Source: the human T2T-CHM13v2.0 reference genome, Homo sapiens
Direction: 5' to 3' (one strand)
Length of the DNA stretch: 64,000 nucleotides
Assembly: GCF_009914755.1 (NCBI RefSeq)
Contig: NC_060927.1
Part shown: piece by piece, positions 61,083 to 64,000 of the stretch
How the letters are laid out: the number at the start of each line of letters is the position of its first letter
How positions within the stretch are numbered: the stretch's first letter is position 1
The notes under the pieces: generated by a model
Told to the model about the DNA's origin: nothing
The model's input: the letters and a program-made list of their open reading frames with translations, nothing else
Database searches by the model: none
Made by a program: the position numbers and the translations under genes

Positions 61083-63009
61083 ACATTCGAGCCTTCACTG
61101 TCATTTCTAAATTTGTCTGAAGCATTACCAATTTTGTCTTCTACTGTTTAACATAAAAATATTATTTCATATTATTGTAAGTATTAAGAATTTCAATATT
61201 CATATTAAGTAAAACATAATAGACAAATTAGTACTTTTGAAAATATTTTAATAAATTTCATTAAAGTAGAAGATTAAGGATTGCACTAAATATGTTAATG
61301 AATATGTTTTGAGTTATTTCTTTGTACCATTGTATGCTTCACAAATGATGTTAAATGTAAAATAATTATTTTTAAAATAATTTTAAAATTTAATAACAAT
61401 GGCTTTCAGTGAAAGTGAACATCTGAGGAGATTTGACCAAATTAATTGCTTATGTAACATCATAAATCATAAAGAAAAATACAATTTGGGTTAATGAAAC
61501 CTTGGCACACACTGCATGCAGTGGCAGTACATTGGACAATTAAATATGTATTTTGTGCCTATAATAAATAGTGAAAAGTAAGACAAGGATGACTTAATAA
61601 CTCAACCTATGATAAATGAAAGAGTCACTCTTTTATTCTACTTTCCCAGTGACCCATGCTTTACTCAGGTTCCTATATGAGTTAATGGAAGAATCAGACA
61701 ACTATCTCTTATAATTGCAATATGTGTTTAAAGTCCTTAGTTTTATATATCCATCCATAATAAATATTGAATAAGAATTTTTTTCATAATGAGAAAAACC
61801 TAGACTGTTATAACATTTTCTTATGCGACTCAACAGTTATTAGAATACAGATTCCCTTATGTCATAACATAAAAATGTCAGAATCCAGCATCACCATCAA
61901 ATGTCTGATTTTTATTTCATCATTAAATAATGTTTTTGCTATTTTAACTATTTTGATTTGGTTATCATTTTAAAAGTTGAGGAGTCTGAGTGACTTATGT
62001 ATAGCTAGATTTAAAATGCAGAATATGCCATTTGAAATTCCTTGCCAATAGTAAATTCAATGGTAGTTCGAAACTGCTTTCATTCCAGTTTCATTCCATA
62101 GGTTGTTGTTTCAACAACCTATGAAATGTAAAGTACAGCATGTATCAGGAAATCTAACTGTTGGACTAATAAGAGTGATAAAAGCTATGAGAAAAGTGAC
62201 ATGAAGCTAGTTCAATCATTGAGTTCCATGTTTTTTGTAAATGATCCTAGACCTGTACATTTTCTTATTTTTCTAAGTACCTTGGAATTATTTGTTGATT
62301 AATTTCTTTGAAAGGCTGACTTTTTAATATCCCAAATTAGATTCATTTCATGAAACTTTCTCTGTGTTTAGTATGTATCTGTTACTGTTGCATTTGCTGA
62401 AGTTAGAAGATACAAATATATACTAGTATACACCATAAAGAATATGACATGATAAAATTTCAAAATGTCCTAGGGAAGAGATCAATAGGCAACATTAAAT
62501 ATAAGCAGTTCATTTAAAGAAGAGGCAATGTCTTTCTTTAGGTATGTATTTTAGAATTTCTGGAAATTGTTCTGATGGAATGCTTATACTAAGTGCTTAA
62601 TGAATGATTGTTAACTTAATTCTTGCTGTTCTTCCTACAAATAAGATCCCTGAAAGATAATATTAGTTCCACTATTGGCATTGGCATTTTAAATATGATA
62701 AACCAATGTGTTGATTCCTGAGAATTTTTCTACTGAAGCTCAAAAGTTGTAATTTTTTTACTCTGAAATAATTTTAGACTTTCATTAATGCTGAAAATAT
62801 GGCACTATTTTTTCTTGAACCGTTTGGGACTGCTTCTGATACGATGTTCCATCTCCCATGAATACTTTCATATGATTTCCTACACAGGAATATATTCTTA
62901 TCTGTATCTGTAAGGCAACCATTAAAATAAGAAAATTAACGGTAATACATGCTACCATATGATCTTCAGAACCTATACAAATTTCTTCAATTTTTGAAAA
63001 TATTTTTTA

Positions 63010-64000
63010 ACATCTATAGGCTGTAACTCAGGATCATGCATTCTATTTTGTTGCATATGTCCTTCTTTTCCTTCAATCTGTAACAGTAACCCAGTCGTTC
63101 TTTTTGATGTTTATGACTGCAGCACTTTTGAAGATTGAAGGCCGATTATTTTAAAGAATGCGCCTTGATTTTGGTTCATTTAATATTTTATTAGATAAGT
63201 TTATGCATATTTACCAGAAATATGTCAGAAGCACTGCTGTATTCTTCTCATTGCTTCTGGTCAGGTGATACATGATTTTCATTTGGTTCATTATTGATGA
63301 TGCTAAATTAACTCACCTTAATTCAGATACTGCTTGATAACTTGATTATACAGCTTATTTTCTTCTCTTTGTCAGAAAATAACTTTAAATATTTTGATTG
63401 AGGTATAATTTACATACATACTATAAAATTTACCTATTTTAAATGTATAATTCAATGATTTTAAAGAAATTTACAGGATTTTGAAACCATTACCACAGTC
63501 CACTTTGAAAGTATTTCCTTCACTCCCTTAACAGATCTATATGGTTATTTAGAGTCAATTTCTATTTTCACTCCCAGCCTGAGGTAACCAGGCATCATTT
63601 TTTCTCCTAAAGTTTTGCCTTTCTAGACATTTTATATAAATGGACTCATATAAGATGTAGCTTTTTGTGGGAAAGTACTTTAAGACTTGTAAATATCCTA
63701 TTGTTCATAAAACTTTCCCTCACAGTTTTAAGGACTTGCTGATAATTAATGCTTAAATTCATTCATATTAGGATGCTTACTGAGTGATGATTTTCTAATC
63801 CAATACCTTACATAGTTCTTAGCATTCTGCTGTAAAGAAAAAGCTTTACTTCTGTCCATTTCTTCATCTATTCTTGTGTCTTTATCATTATAGACTCATG
63901 GATTTGTCTTTTATTTAATGAGTTATGATTTGTTACTGTCATTATTTATCATGCTTCTATTTGCTGCTATTTGTCCAGTGGGAGCCCCTTCAAACTGGCT
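63010..64000 (-). mobile_element. L1MC5-type 3' region with a nested L1MB/ME 3' end (~63390-63670)
   Basis: caggatcatgcattctatttt, attgaggtataatttacatac...aaatgtataattcaatgatttt, ccagtgggagccccttcaaactggct. Confidence 0.7.

Overview
Repeat-rich, AT-rich primate genomic DNA, almost certainly human because it carries a fully diagnostic AluYa5. It is intergenic or deep-intronic, and I found no convincing host protein-coding exon. Main contents: a full-length, dead L1PA7/8-like LINE-1 (45583-51804, minus strand, perfect 13-bp TSD) that keeps an open antisense ORF0-like frame; a 5'-inverted (twin-primed) L1PA fragment; a two-LTR MSTA MaLR element; a 5'-deleted THE1 element; several solo LTRs (MER4-group, MER57, MER31, MLT1, MLT2, LTR33-like); about ten Alus/FAM; many old L1M, L2 and MIR fragments; and a full-length processed RPS18 pseudogene (38483-39010) with no poly(A) tail. 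Nearly all ORFs in the track are repeat-derived or spurious. I found no evidence for a new biological system. The most unusual signals are DNA-repair-like scars: a 73-bp near-exact copy of unique sequence from 1.6 kb upstream, pasted into the THE1 LTR with a fold-back junction; an older 61-bp templated copy; and a perfect hairpin next to a short duplication. Repeat subfamily names come from remembered consensus sequences, not from a RepeatMasker run.
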